The position numbers and the translations under genes were made by a program. This document shows positions 31,080-41,374 of a DNA stretch of 64,000 bases, in pieces. Where the stretch lies: assembly GCA_965197525.1 (NCBI GenBank), contig OZ240211.1, positions 512,001-576,000 on the forward strand, in the 5' to 3' direction. The notes beneath the pieces are model-generated. The model saw only the letters and a program-made list of their open reading frames with translations. It made no database searches and had not been told where the DNA came from. Each line of letters starts with the position of its first letter. Positions within the stretch are counted from its first letter, which is position 1. This DNA comes from Nitrosopumilus sp. Lineage in GTDB: Archaea; Thermoproteota; Nitrososphaeria; Nitrososphaerales; Nitrosopumilaceae.

Positions 31080-32063
31080 CTAATATTCCAATTTAGACAT
31101 GTATTTTGCAGATGTAACATAATTATCAAATTCGTCTGCAGTCATGACATTCTGGTCTGTGTAAATGCTTTTGAATTTTCTTCCATCATCAGCAAAGATT
31201 CCCACAACACATGCATCTTTAGAAACAGGATATTTTTTCATACATGCATAAACAGCTGCAGATGACGGACTAATCAACAGTTGATCCTCCTGAAACACCG
31301 TAGTTACTACAGAGAATGCCTCATTATTATCAGCATATATCCAATCATCAACTACATTTTCTCGTTTTAAGAATAGATCAGGTTTTGCAGATTCGTCAAA
31401 ATTTCTCAATCCTTGAATAAGATGATTTTGCTGGGGTTGGCAGCCAATAATTTTTACATCCGGATTTTTACTTTTAAGAAAAGCACCAACGCCGGTAATC
31501 GTACCACCAGTGCCAACACCAGTAAAAAAATGAGTTGCTTTGCCATCAGTCTGTTTCCAGATCTCAGGCCCTGTTCCAATATAATGTCCTTTAAAATTTG
31601 CCTCATTAGCGTATTGATTTGGAGAGTAATATGTTTCAGGTCTAGATGATGCAATGGATGTTGCAAGTGCAATACTTTGATCAGTACCAGAACCTACTTT
31701 AGGGCACAAGTCATCGCTTGTCTCAAATATTTTAGCACCCAATCTTCTGATTATGTCTTTTGTCTCATTACTTGCTTTCTCAGGAATTACAATCTCAACT
31801 TTATAGTCCAATGCATTTGCAATCCCAGTTAGGGCAATACCAGTATTGCCTGAAGTTGGCTCTATAATTATACTGGATCCTTTTTTTAAAATTTGTCTCT
31901 CTTCAGCGTCTTTGATCATTTGATATGCAGCTCTATCTTTAACAGAGCCAAATGGGTTATGGCCCTCTAATTTGGCAAAATAATTTATTGTGTCATGAGA
32001 CAGTGAATCCAACCTTACAAGAGGAGTATTTCCTATACGATTTATCACATCAGCAATTGCCAT
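31080..32063 (-). CDS. cysK: PLP-dependent cysteine synthase family protein
   Basis: IGNTPLV, NPFGSVKDRAA, TSGNTG, GVGTGGT. Confidence 0.92.
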   Translation of the reverse strand: MAIADVINRIGNTPLVRLDSLSHDTINYFAKLEGHNPFGSVKDRAAYQMIKDAEERQILKKGSSIIIEPTSGNTGIALTGIANALDYKVEIVIPEKASNETKDIIRRLGAKIFETSDDLCPKVGSGTDQSIALATSIASSRPETYYSPNQYANEANFKGHYIGTGPEIWKQTDGKATHFFTGVGTGGTITGVGAFLKSKNPDVKIIGCQPQQNHLIQGLRNFDESAKPDLFLKRENVVDDWIYADNNEAFSVVTTVFQEDQLLISPSSAAVYACMKKYPVSKDACVVGIFADDGRKFKSIYTDQNVMTADEFDNYVTSAKYMSKLEY

Positions 32064-32071
32064 ACTAAGAA

Positions 32072-32335
32072 CTATCTCACTTTTTTAATTTGAAACGTAA
32101 TGGTGTTACCGTCTTTTGATAAATTCAGTAATTCATGACCGTTTCTAGTAACCCATCTTGAAATATCTTCCTCAGCTGCTGGATCATCAGCAGATACGGT
32201 TATTACCTGACCTACCTGCATCTTTTCAATCTCAATTTTTGTTCTAAATACAGGTTCAGGACAGAACAGTCCGGTTGCATCTAGTGTTTTTTCAGGCGAT
32301 TCTGACATGAACAGATGACAATATTGATTTGTCAT
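32072..32335 (-). CDS. tusA: TusA/SirA-family sulfurtransferase
   Basis: LDATGLFCPEP, DDPAAEEDI. Confidence 0.92.
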   Translation of the reverse strand: MTNQYCHLFMSESPEKTLDATGLFCPEPVFRTKIEIEKMQVGQVITVSADDPAAEEDISRWVTRNGHELLNLSKDGNTITFQIKKVR

Positions 32336-32375
32336 ATTAAAATCTATTTGAACGCTTTTGATGTCGCATTACAGC

Positions 32376-32516
32376 CATCACCATCATCACCATCATCACC
32401 ATCACCATCATCACCATCACCATCATCACCATCACCATCATCATCACCATCATCACCATCACCATCATCACCATCACCATCATCACCATCACCATCATCA
32501 TCACCATCATCACCAT
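32376..32516. repeat. (CAY)47 trinucleotide tract (poly-His in + frame)
   Basis: 47 consecutive CAT/CAC triplets between tusA and the PHP gene. Confidence 0.95.
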
Positions 32517-32616
32517 TCAACACTAAAACAAGTAGACAAGTCATCAAGTTAACAAAATTCAGATCTAAAATACTATATACGTTATAAACAACAAAACGTG
32601 ATTCAGTATTTTAAAT

Positions 32617-33531
32617 TTATAATGCCATTTTAAGGATGGTAGCAAGATTACGTTCCGCCATAAAACTAGGATCTTGATTTTGAAGATTAATCTTCTTGGA
32701 TATTCGGCTCATTGCATAAACAGAGATCTGGTAAAACAACGACCATAGATAGCTGCTTTGGTTCAAGTTATAAAGTCGTAGTAAGAATGCAAAAAGCCGT
32801 TTTTGTCGAGGGTAATGCTCAGAGACATACTCCAAGATATACTCTTTAGAATTATCAATCTTGTATTTGAGATGATCAAACACTTCAGTTTGTGATGTGT
32901 AGCCTGTTTGTGCGATCTTGATCTTACCTCTTTGCATAGCATGTAATACATCATCAATGTTATTCTCAGAGTCGATAACATTTACGCATCTTCCAAGAGT
33001 TGACAATACATGCGAATCACTACCTGCAACTTGAATCATGCCATTATCATGCGCAAACTGTAAAGCGCGTACATTTGAAAAGATGTCAATATTATTACTG
33101 TTAAACACCTCTATCATATCACATTGGTTAGCATTATCACGTAATGCATTAATTAGACCAAATGGATGTGGCGCAGAAGATACTGCATCCTGATCTCGTA
33201 TTGCGTCTAGAATCTCCTCAAAAGACAGACAAGGGGCAATAGCATCGTGGAGTCCATATGCCAAAACATGTTCACCTAAATCAGTAGTAATTTCCTCAGC
33301 TGCAAAAACATCCATGTTTTTGAATTTTTCATGTGTGTTTTTATATTCTAAAAGTTGTTTATACCCGTCAAGAGTGTTATGGTTTGTGACAAAGACTGCA
33401 TCTAATCCTTGATTGTAAGAATACTCTAATTGATCACGAATAGAGATCGGGCAGTCGTACTGCGGCTCTTCATCACCAACATGAAAATTTGAAAAAGAGT
33501 TATGGCAATGTAACTCAGTATTAATTGGCAT
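32617..33531 (-). CDS. PHP-domain protein
   Basis: ELHCHN, VTNHN, EEI, HPF, EVFN, GSDSH. Confidence 0.9.
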   Translation of the reverse strand: MPINTELHCHNSFSNFHVGDEEPQYDCPISIRDQLEYSYNQGLDAVFVTNHNTLDGYKQLLEYKNTHEKFKNMDVFAAEEITTDLGEHVLAYGLHDAIAPCLSFEEILDAIRDQDAVSSAPHPFGLINALRDNANQCDMIEVFNSNNIDIFSNVRALQFAHDNGMIQVAGSDSHVLSTLGRCVNVIDSENNIDDVLHAMQRGKIKIAQTGYTSQTEVFDHLKYKIDNSKEYILEYVSEHYPRQKRLFAFLLRLYNLNQSSYLWSLFYQISVYAMSRISKKINLQNQDPSFMAERNLATILKMAL

Positions 33532-33580
33532 TTATTAATAATATACGCTTTAAGATTATAACTTTTGTTAATTAAAAAAA

Positions 33581-35217
33581 GGGAATTACATACTTGGATT
33601 ACATTATACGCCACTTATTTATAATACACCGATTATTAACTGGATGGAAAAAGAAATAGGAGATTTTATTTATAGAACAGTGATTGTAAAACCAAGGCAG
33701 ACAAAAGAACTGTCATTGAAGGCACGCAGGATTGCAAACTTTCAGACGTATTTTTTCAACATGGACGTAGAGGCAGGACTGGTTGAAAAATATGACAAAA
33801 TCAAGACAAGCCGTACCATTACTGACATACATCACACCATGCCATGGAGCAACAAATACCACACCAATGTGGCAACAACTGCGTTCCAACAGGGGCATGA
33901 TACGGCAGACAAACATTTGAAATCTTGCGCAAAAAAACGTAGGGTACGAAACTGGGCAAAAAAGACTGGCGGTAAGAACCACAACTGGCACACATCATTT
34001 AAAAATCTCAAACCAAACAAATGGATTGACAGAAACAGTTTGTTCAGAAACGCCAAAAATGCAAAACATGCATCCATAACAGTAAACGGTCAGAATCCCT
34101 CGCTAAGGATGGGAAAGTGGAAAAAACTGTACATGAACCTGCCCGGTATGGGCCAGGTGGAGCTGTTGTCGTCTTTGAAGAGTCTTCCAAAGCAACTGGT
34201 ATGTGAAAGAGACAAAAACAATACCAACAAGTTCTACCAGACCAACATTGTGTCATACAGGCTTGTAGAGAACACCAAAAAAATCACTGTCAATACAAAC
34301 GATTCGAACCGCACGTTTGAGATCCATCTGACACTAAAAATACAGAGACCTAAAAATACGGATCGTGCAGTCGTATGCGGAATAGACATGGGAGTTAGGA
34401 AATCCCTGGTAGTTCATGACGGAATAAACACCGATTTTTACAGGACGCCTTATACCTGTAGGAGAAAAAAAGATGATGTGATCTCAAAACAACAGTCAAA
34501 AAGAGACGGTTACAAACTGCATAGTAACAGATGGAAACAAAATGATCGTAAATTGAAGAAGATGGAAAAAACACTCAGCAACAGAAGAACCGAGCACAAT
34601 AATTTCCTTGCCAAACAGATTGTGATGAGAACAGGAGTAATAGTCATGGAAAAACTAAACATTGGCAATATGACTGCAAAAAATGAAAAGTGGAAAAGCG
34701 GCCTTAACAGGGAGATTTACGGGGCAGGTATGGGAAGAATGGGAAAGAGAATAAAAATGACTGCCGAAAACCATGGAACCAAAACGCTTGAGATTGTTCC
34801 ACATTACACCAGCATAACGTGTAGTAGGTGCAATATGATCAACTGTGACTCTAGAACTACAAGGGATGTGTTTCAATGCGTATACTGTGGATTTCTGTGC
34901 GATGCAGACGATAACGCAGGCGCAAACATCAGACATTACGGACTTCCGTGCATACGAAGGCTCCCGCTTGTAGACAGATATGGAAACTACAGGTATGACA
35001 GCATGGAAAATATTATTTTAGCTAATAAAAATGGCACATCTAATAGTGTCAGTGTTATTAGTGGCGGTAGGGATTATCGTCACAAGACAGAAGAATCAAA
35101 ACATGGCTTACACCATGTTGTTTCTAAAAAAGACGGCAAGAACCAAGCTGTGAATGATTTGTTGGACTGTCAGAAAAAAACCTTGGTGCAGAAACGTAAC
35201 CTAGGTATATAATTCCC
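33581..35217 (+). mobile_element. Family-2 element (1637 bp): tnpB between 17-bp TIRs with 8-bp TSD TAAAAAAA
   Basis: Left GGGAATTACATACTTGG, right reverse complement GGGAATTATATACCTAG (14/17). TSD at 33573-33580 and 35218-35225. The same ends recur at 50158-50543. Confidence 0.9.
33644..35212 (+). CDS. tnpB: TnpB/Cas12f-like RuvC nuclease (522 aa), catalytic residues intact
   Basis: CGIDMG, IVMEKL, CSRC/CVYC, DADDNAGANI. Stop codon lies inside the right TIR. Confidence 0.93.
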   Translation: MEKEIGDFIYRTVIVKPRQTKELSLKARRIANFQTYFFNMDVEAGLVEKYDKIKTSRTITDIHHTMPWSNKYHTNVATTAFQQGHDTADKHLKSCAKKRRVRNWAKKTGGKNHNWHTSFKNLKPNKWIDRNSLFRNAKNAKHASITVNGQNPSLRMGKWKKLYMNLPGMGQVELLSSLKSLPKQLVCERDKNNTNKFYQTNIVSYRLVENTKKITVNTNDSNRTFEIHLTLKIQRPKNTDRAVVCGIDMGVRKSLVVHDGINTDFYRTPYTCRRKKDDVISKQQSKRDGYKLHSNRWKQNDRKLKKMEKTLSNRRTEHNNFLAKQIVMRTGVIVMEKLNIGNMTAKNEKWKSGLNREIYGAGMGRMGKRIKMTAENHGTKTLEIVPHYTSITCSRCNMINCDSRTTRDVFQCVYCGFLCDADDNAGANIRHYGLPCIRRLPLVDRYGNYRYDSMENIILANKNGTSNSVSVISGGRDYRHKTEESKHGLHHVVSKKDGKNQAVNDLLDCQKKTLVQKRNLGI

Positions 35218-35234
35218 TAAAAAAAAATAATGTA

Positions 35235-36002
35235 TCATCTAAAGAGATCTTCGTGCTCTGCACGAATCAGGTCGTTGATGCTAGGATGATACAAGTCATG
35301 ATCAGAATAATCATTGCCAAAATCATTTTTAAATTCAAAGCTGTGATTACGAATAATTGCAACTGGGCATCTCAGAGACTTACCCATTACCAACTCTGCT
35401 GCAGAAGATAGTTCATCTGCAATAGCGATTGCTGTAACACGCAATACTCTTTTAAAAGAGTCAATACACCCGGTATAGTCCAAAATCGGACCAAGGCCAG
35501 ATACGCCAATTGCATGATTAGTTTGACCGTTTCTAAAAGGTCGTCCAAAGGTATCAGATATTATTACTGCTACATTTTTGTTTGTCTGCTCAAAAATTTG
35601 TGTTCTGATTCTATTTGCAGAGTGATCAGAATTTACAGGTAACAGAGTAACATATCCTTGTGCAATGTTGCTCTCATCAACACCGGCGTTGGCGCAGATA
35701 AACCCATGCTTTGTCTCAACGATCAAGACACCGTTGTACATTCTAACAATTCGTTTTGATTCAGATAAAATGAGTTCTACAATTCTGGGATCCTTTTGGT
35801 ACTGGGAACCAATTCCTTGCGCCAATAATGAAGGAGTGACAGAAGATAGATCAATCAGACGACCTTTTTCTTGTTTTGAGATAATCTTTTGAGCAACAAC
35901 TAAAATGTCTCCATCACGTATTGGTTGAGCTTGGATTATCAAGCTAGAGATATCATCAGATGGTGTAATCTCCTTTTCAATGCAGAGTGGGATGATTTCC
36001 AA
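35235..36002 (-). CDS. cofE: Coenzyme F420-0:L-glutamate ligase
   Basis: AQKIISKQE, ANAGVDESN, SDTFGRPFRNG, ADELSSAAELVMG. Confidence 0.95.
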   Translation of the reverse strand: MEIIPLCIEKEITPSDDISSLIIQAQPIRDGDILVVAQKIISKQEKGRLIDLSSVTPSLLAQGIGSQYQKDPRIVELILSESKRIVRMYNGVLIVETKHGFICANAGVDESNIAQGYVTLLPVNSDHSANRIRTQIFEQTNKNVAVIISDTFGRPFRNGQTNHAIGVSGLGPILDYTGCIDSFKRVLRVTAIAIADELSSAAELVMGKSLRCPVAIIRNHSFEFKNDFGNDYSDHDLYHPSINDLIRAEHEDLFR

Positions 36003-36035
36003 GTATAATAAATAATAACATATACTAAAAAATTG

Positions 36036-36767
36036 TTACGTAGTGGTTGGGGTGGTAGTTGTAGCAGTAGCAGTGGCAGGAGAGAGGGTAGTAGACATAT
36101 CATCAGTAGTATTAGCATCAGTATTAGGCTCAGTATCTAACTTTAGATTATAGTGTCTGTTAATAATATGCAATATTTTGGAGAGGTCTTTGACTTCAAG
36201 AGTAGCATTAGCAAGATCCTTGACTATATCCTGTGCACGATAGGCAATTCCCAGACCACAGATATCAAATAGTTTTACATCATTTGCACCGTCAACAACA
36301 CATACAATATTCTCTTTCTTTTCGCTCCATTCTGCAATCTTTATCTTTGCAGAAGTTGATTTATTAGAATCAACGAGGATCTTCAAACCGTCTAACTTTC
36401 CATCTTTGAAGATTAGTTCGTTGGAATAGACATAGTCAAGATCTAACTCTTTTTGCAGTCTGTCCATCATTATTGTGAACCCACCAGATATTGCCATGAG
36501 TTTCCAACCTGCCGCCTTTAGCACTTTGCATGCCTGTTTTGCACCAGTCATAATTGGTAGCGAGTCTGATACATCTTGACAGGTTTTTTTATCAAGACCT
36601 TTTAGAGCATTAACTCGGGTTCTGAGTCCATCCTCCCAGTTAATCTTTCCCTGAATTCCTTGTTTTGTAATCTCCCAAATTTCATCTTCTTTGCTGAGTT
36701 TTTCAGCAAGTATGGGAAGGTATTCCTCATCATACAACACACCCTCAACATCAAAAATTATTAACAA
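36036..36767 (-). CDS. serB: Phosphoserine phosphatase
   Basis: IFDVEGVL, SGGF, VDGAND. Thr-rich C-terminal tail. Confidence 0.88.
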   Translation of the reverse strand: MLIIFDVEGVLYDEEYLPILAEKLSKEDEIWEITKQGIQGKINWEDGLRTRVNALKGLDKKTCQDVSDSLPIMTGAKQACKVLKAAGWKLMAISGGFTIMMDRLQKELDLDYVYSNELIFKDGKLDGLKILVDSNKSTSAKIKIAEWSEKKENIVCVVDGANDVKLFDICGLGIAYRAQDIVKDLANATLEVKDLSKILHIINRHYNLKLDTEPNTDANTTDDMSTTLSPATATATTTTPTTT

Positions 36768-36811
36768 TAGTCCTCGATCTGAAAAAAAATGTTAATTATA
36801 TTAAAGTTGGG

Positions 36812-37199
36812 GGTTCTGTGAAGTTATAGAGACCTGAAACATGGATGAATAAATATCGTTAATTATATCATAATTATGTTGAATCCAACAAACACGAACA
36901 CGCAATGTCCAGGATGCGGAAAGATATTCCAAGAGGACATGCAATACAGACGTAAAATATCGTGTACCAATTGTGGATTGTTCATGAACAGCAACAACAT
37001 TGTCATGAACACATCTCACAAGCTGTCCCCTAGATTTAGGGATAGTAGAGGTGACATACATGAAGCACAGACTAACACTTTTGAGTTAGCAATGTCGGAA
37101 CCCAGTACACAGGTAATCCGAATAGTCGATATGTCAAAGTCAAGTAATAGGAGAAACACACCTTGGTAAATCAACGGGTACCTATAACTTCACAGAACC
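36812..37199 (+). mobile_element. Family-1 MITE (388 bp), same subfamily as 4420-4797
   Basis: Perfect 18-bp TIR GGTTCTGTGAAGTTATAG. Interior is the tnpB 3' end (CPGC...CTNC...PRFRDSRGD). No TSD. Confidence 0.9.
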
Positions 37200-37237
37200 G
37201 GATAAAGCTAAAGCGTATTTTATCTACGACTAGTAGA

Positions 37238-40200
37238 TCAGTTCTCGGCTGTTGCCCAGAAAGGCTCGTCTAGCAGAGGATCTGGTTCTTGTGGTACAAA
37301 TTCTCCTCTAAGTGGCGCCTCGCCTAGCATCAAGGATTCCCAGTACTTGAAGGATGCAGTTCCTACAGCATCGCCAATCTCATCTATTACCTCTACAGAT
37401 GGCCAGAAATGAACTCCGGACCATACTCGACTAGCGCCACATTCGTAAGCATACTCAGTCCAAGTATCAAATTGGAGATGCACATCATTTGCTGGCGTAC
37501 CAACTTCCCACGCAGATGATCCTGCAGGAAGTAAGCCTTGGTAGGCACCTACCATATTACCGTTCGTGTCTACATATTGACCTATCTCATCAGTGCCGCT
37601 AAAGAGTCTCCACACTGCAGCATCGACTGCACAGAATGATGCAGTTGCCGATGGGTATTCACCATGACCTGCAGTGCCAACATATGAAGTCCATTGACTA
37701 GCTGGAACTTGGGTCAGTTCACCTCCTCCTCCTCCAGGTGGCCCCCCACGGGCAGTTATCAACTCATCACCATACAGGTGTGGGATTGCAGATACAGGAC
37801 GTACAGCGTCGTAACGATTTTTCTCCTGCCATACTACGATACCCATATCATAGTTTGCCATATTAACTAAAAAGTCCCATTGGATAAAATCGACGACATC
37901 GTGGTAATTGCTAAGAGCGGGTCGGAACAATCCACCACGGAGTTTATTATCAAAGAATTCTACAAGCATCTTTTGTTCATCTGTAATGTTAGCTGCAACT
38001 TCGATTACCTCGTCGGCCTGTGCCTTGTAGGCATCTATATTTGCATAGTTGCTAGCAGTTGGCGGAGGTACCCGGAGATCACGAGGATCAAAGTCAGAGT
38101 ATGGCTCTACATTTGCATACTGGGGTGTAAGAAACTTTTGTGGAGCAAGTTCGCCTTGAATGTTTGGTGCATTCAGAGGCTGCCAACGTGTTGGATCAAC
38201 TAACACATCAACTGTGTTTGTAGGAACGTAACCAGTGGTATCACCAAATGCAACGCCGTCAGTCTCAAGGCCAAGCTGATTAAAGCCATCGTGTCTGTGG
38301 GCATCCAGTACACATTTACCTGCAAAGTTGCCTATTGCTACCGGTGAAGATATGCTCTGAGGTACGCTACAATCAAGATCAATACCGCTGTTATCATCTG
38401 GGTCAAATCCGTGAACGGTCATCATGGATCGCCAATCGTCTGCACGGCCTGGTGCAAACTCGAGCATCATTTGGTACACAGCGTGCATGATTGAAGTGTT
38501 AGGATTCTCGTTTGTCTCAGACTCTGAGGCAGGCAAACGATCTATACGCGACTGTACACCTACTGCGGTCTCGTGGTATGGAGCTACAGCATCAAATGCA
38601 CCGTTAAGCAACAATGTAACAATACGGAAGATGGGAGGAGGGTCGTTAAAGTTAGAAGACACATCTTGTTTTATGAAGGGGGCAAGATGCGGAATGAATA
38701 CACCGTGTAGAGAATTACCGTTTACCATGTCAAATTCATGGTCACGACTCTCAAATGCTATGGGAGGATCTTCGACTACACCAAAGTCTGCCCATACACG
38801 TGTTGGGGCATAGTCAGACATGGTATATGGATCATCGATTACTGTGTCTTGAGAGTATATCAAGGGTGCAGACGAAATTGATGGGGAGCTAGATGACTGT
38901 GCGTCAGGGTGAGATATAAAGGCTGATTGATAGTAACCTGCTCCAAATATGTATCCGTCATGCATTACAAGCCAAGAACGCTTCTCTTCTGCATAATCTG
39001 AACCAGGTAGTGGGAATAGATAGTCAACCCAAACACCTTCGTTATTTGAAAGATCCTCAAGAATTTGATCAGGTGGGGTATCAATTGACCCATCAAAGAA
39101 TATTGAGGTAACACCGACTCTGTCAGGATTTGCTCCGTGTGCTACAATTAACGCACTAGATGAATCTACTACAAACGGATAATGTGGATCCAGTGAGGTT
39201 TGGGTCAAGAGTTTAAAGGCATCTTTATCTTGTTCATAAAGAGCAATGGCGTTGTTTACTACACGTTTGACCTTTTCTTCTGCAGGATATGTGTATCCAT
39301 GTGCAAGAATATATTCACCATAGTCATCTAGCATACCTGCAGCCTGAGCTGGTTCACCAGTTGCAGGATTAATTATCAACACATATGCCCTGATGGGTTC
39401 ATCTGTGTTACGAAGTATTTCTGCAAAGTCCATCCAAGGTATTGGCAATGGTGGAAGGGGACCGCCGACTCTATGAGGTTGCCTAGAATTGGCAACTTCT
39501 ATGCCGGCAACAGGATCAAAGACTGACGCATACTGTCCTCGATCACTTGCAGTCGTAATAATCTCAAATGCCTCATCGCCCTTCATATCAAGTAGATCAA
39601 TAGTATTTTGGATTCCGTCAGCTAATTTTTCGTCTATGGAATAGTAGTATCCAGAACCAAAGATATACCCATCATGCATTACAAGCCAAGAACGTTTTAG
39701 TTGATCCAAGTTGGTTACGGGATTTACAAAGACATAATCAGCCCAGACACCCTCACCAGTCTCTAATTGAGCAATGATCTCATCAGGTGGATTGGTTGCA
39801 AACTCACCAATAACTGCAGACTGCATGCCAATTACTCCAGGATTAGAACCATGAGATACAATGGTTCTAGTGTCAGGATCCAATACAAATGGATAATGAA
39901 GAACAGAGATATCAGATAGGGAATTTATGGTGTCAAAGGCGTTATCAGGGTCAGATTTGTACATCTCAACGGTTGCTGCTACTACCTGCTGTATATCAGA
40001 AGATCCTGCATCTTCAATTGAGATTATCAGATCACTTAACGTTGGGACACTCAGATCTATGCCATAGTCAGACAAAGTCTGATACGTTGATTGAGTAATA
40101 CATACCGGGAGTGGGACGGTATCAGAGTTTCGTATGTACAGATTTGTAGGTTCATTACACTGTACGCCATAAACAGAAACACCATCTCTTAGTTGCTGAT

Positions 40201-40297
40201 ACGGTGTCTGGTATTCAGCGTGTGCAAAGTCAACAGAATAAACACCAACAAACATCACTAGTATAATAAATATTGCAGGATGTGCAAATCTTGCCAT
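37238..40297 (-). CDS. Secreted fusion: three Cache-like domains plus vanadium-haloperoxidase/PAP2-like domain
   Basis: N-terminal hydrophobic signal, three YPF..D...SHG...W..Y...GSGYY-type repeats, then KNRYDAVRP, HGEYPSAT, SRVWSGVHF. Confidence 0.82.
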   Translation of the reverse strand: MARFAHPAIFIILVMFVGVYSVDFAHAEYQTPYQQLRDGVSVYGVQCNEPTNLYIRNSDTVPLPVCITQSTYQTLSDYGIDLSVPTLSDLIISIEDAGSSDIQQVVAATVEMYKSDPDNAFDTINSLSDISVLHYPFVLDPDTRTIVSHGSNPGVIGMQSAVIGEFATNPPDEIIAQLETGEGVWADYVFVNPVTNLDQLKRSWLVMHDGYIFGSGYYYSIDEKLADGIQNTIDLLDMKGDEAFEIITTASDRGQYASVFDPVAGIEVANSRQPHRVGGPLPPLPIPWMDFAEILRNTDEPIRAYVLIINPATGEPAQAAGMLDDYGEYILAHGYTYPAEEKVKRVVNNAIALYEQDKDAFKLLTQTSLDPHYPFVVDSSSALIVAHGANPDRVGVTSIFFDGSIDTPPDQILEDLSNNEGVWVDYLFPLPGSDYAEEKRSWLVMHDGYIFGAGYYQSAFISHPDAQSSSSPSISSAPLIYSQDTVIDDPYTMSDYAPTRVWADFGVVEDPPIAFESRDHEFDMVNGNSLHGVFIPHLAPFIKQDVSSNFNDPPPIFRIVTLLLNGAFDAVAPYHETAVGVQSRIDRLPASESETNENPNTSIMHAVYQMMLEFAPGRADDWRSMMTVHGFDPDDNSGIDLDCSVPQSISSPVAIGNFAGKCVLDAHRHDGFNQLGLETDGVAFGDTTGYVPTNTVDVLVDPTRWQPLNAPNIQGELAPQKFLTPQYANVEPYSDFDPRDLRVPPPTASNYANIDAYKAQADEVIEVAANITDEQKMLVEFFDNKLRGGLFRPALSNYHDVVDFIQWDFLVNMANYDMGIVVWQEKNRYDAVRPVSAIPHLYGDELITARGGPPGGGGGELTQVPASQWTSYVGTAGHGEYPSATASFCAVDAAVWRLFSGTDEIGQYVDTNGNMVGAYQGLLPAGSSAWEVGTPANDVHLQFDTWTEYAYECGASRVWSGVHFWPSVEVIDEIGDAVGTASFKYWESLMLGEAPLRGEFVPQEPDPLLDEPFWATAEN

Positions 40298-40542
40298 GAT
40301 AATAGAGTATGGTTTACAGCAGATTAATAAATGAATCGAGGATATAAAGCGCTGCGCTATTCAATTTTATTTACCAACACAAGTACTAACTAATCTACGT
40401 TTGTTCCGATCAGGATAATAACACCAAGCACCATTCTTATCTCAAAGATGCTGTTTTAACTATAAATCTTGACATGTTCTATTATGGATAGGAACTCTTT
40501 TTGGTTGCTCTCCTCTCTATTAAATAAATACCCTATGCCAAC

Positions 40543-41199
40543 TTGCAGATATTATATCAAACAGGAATCGTTAATAATAAATCATGGACAGAACGCCTAC
40601 AAGATATGGCAGATGAATTAGAGTACAAACATGAGGTCAGCATACAAGAAAGAGAAGGAGATCATTTGATTCCAAATGAGATCAAAGACGAGTTAAGAAC
40701 ATCAGGAATGATGGATTTAAAAGGAAAATTGAAATTAAAGGGTGTAAGCCCCAAGATGCTAAAGAAGATGAAGCAAGAATATGTGGACTGTCCGGTGTGG
40801 GAAGACGATATTCATTTTATTCACTGTTTTGTTTGTCCAAACTTTCAAAGCAGGGTAACAGGCAAAGTGCTCTGCAAGGGCGATCCCATAAGTTCGGACA
40901 TGGATACAGTAGAGCACAAATTCAAAGTAGGAATCAAGATAAGCAAAGAGAAACAAAAGATCTCAAATAAACTCAAAGAGAGATTGAAGACTCTTGGAAT
41001 GATTGATGAGGATAAAAAGATACAATTAGAAGGAGTTGATCAAATGATGCTCAAAGGTATGAAACAAGAATATGTGGATTGTCCGGTGTTAAAAGAGAAA
41101 GTTCAACACATAGAATGCTCCATATGCCCAAATTTTCAAGCCAATGTAATGGGCAGAGTACTCTGTAAAGGCGAACCAATTTCAGATTTATCATTGTAA
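40543..41199 (+). CDS. Hypothetical protein with duplicated 4-Cys domain
   Basis: Two copies of EYVDCPV-x8-C-x2-CPNFQ-x4-G-x-VLCKG. Confidence 0.75.
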   Translation: MQILYQTGIVNNKSWTERLQDMADELEYKHEVSIQEREGDHLIPNEIKDELRTSGMMDLKGKLKLKGVSPKMLKKMKQEYVDCPVWEDDIHFIHCFVCPNFQSRVTGKVLCKGDPISSDMDTVEHKFKVGIKISKEKQKISNKLKERLKTLGMIDEDKKIQLEGVDQMMLKGMKQEYVDCPVLKEKVQHIECSICPNFQANVMGRVLCKGEPISDLSL

Positions 41200-41374
41200 A
41201 GTGATCTCCATTTTATGAATAGTCAAGACTCAAGAGAGGTTTTCACTAACTCTGTTGTTACCAGTAGTAATTAATTCGGTAAAATCAAAGTCTTTAACAA
41301 CTGGATATAACTTTTTGTAAATAATCCAATCACATACTAGAAAAACTCTTTAACTAAATTAATTTAGCAATATC

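Noticed and set aside
33644-35212. Cas12f/Cas14 CRISPR effector
   Set aside because: There is no array or cas1/cas2/cas4 nearby, and the gene sits inside a TIR/TSD-bounded element.
33581-35217. Casposon derivative
   Set aside because: There is no Cas1-like casposase or PolB, and the 8-bp TSD is shorter than the roughly 14-15 bp characterised for casposases.
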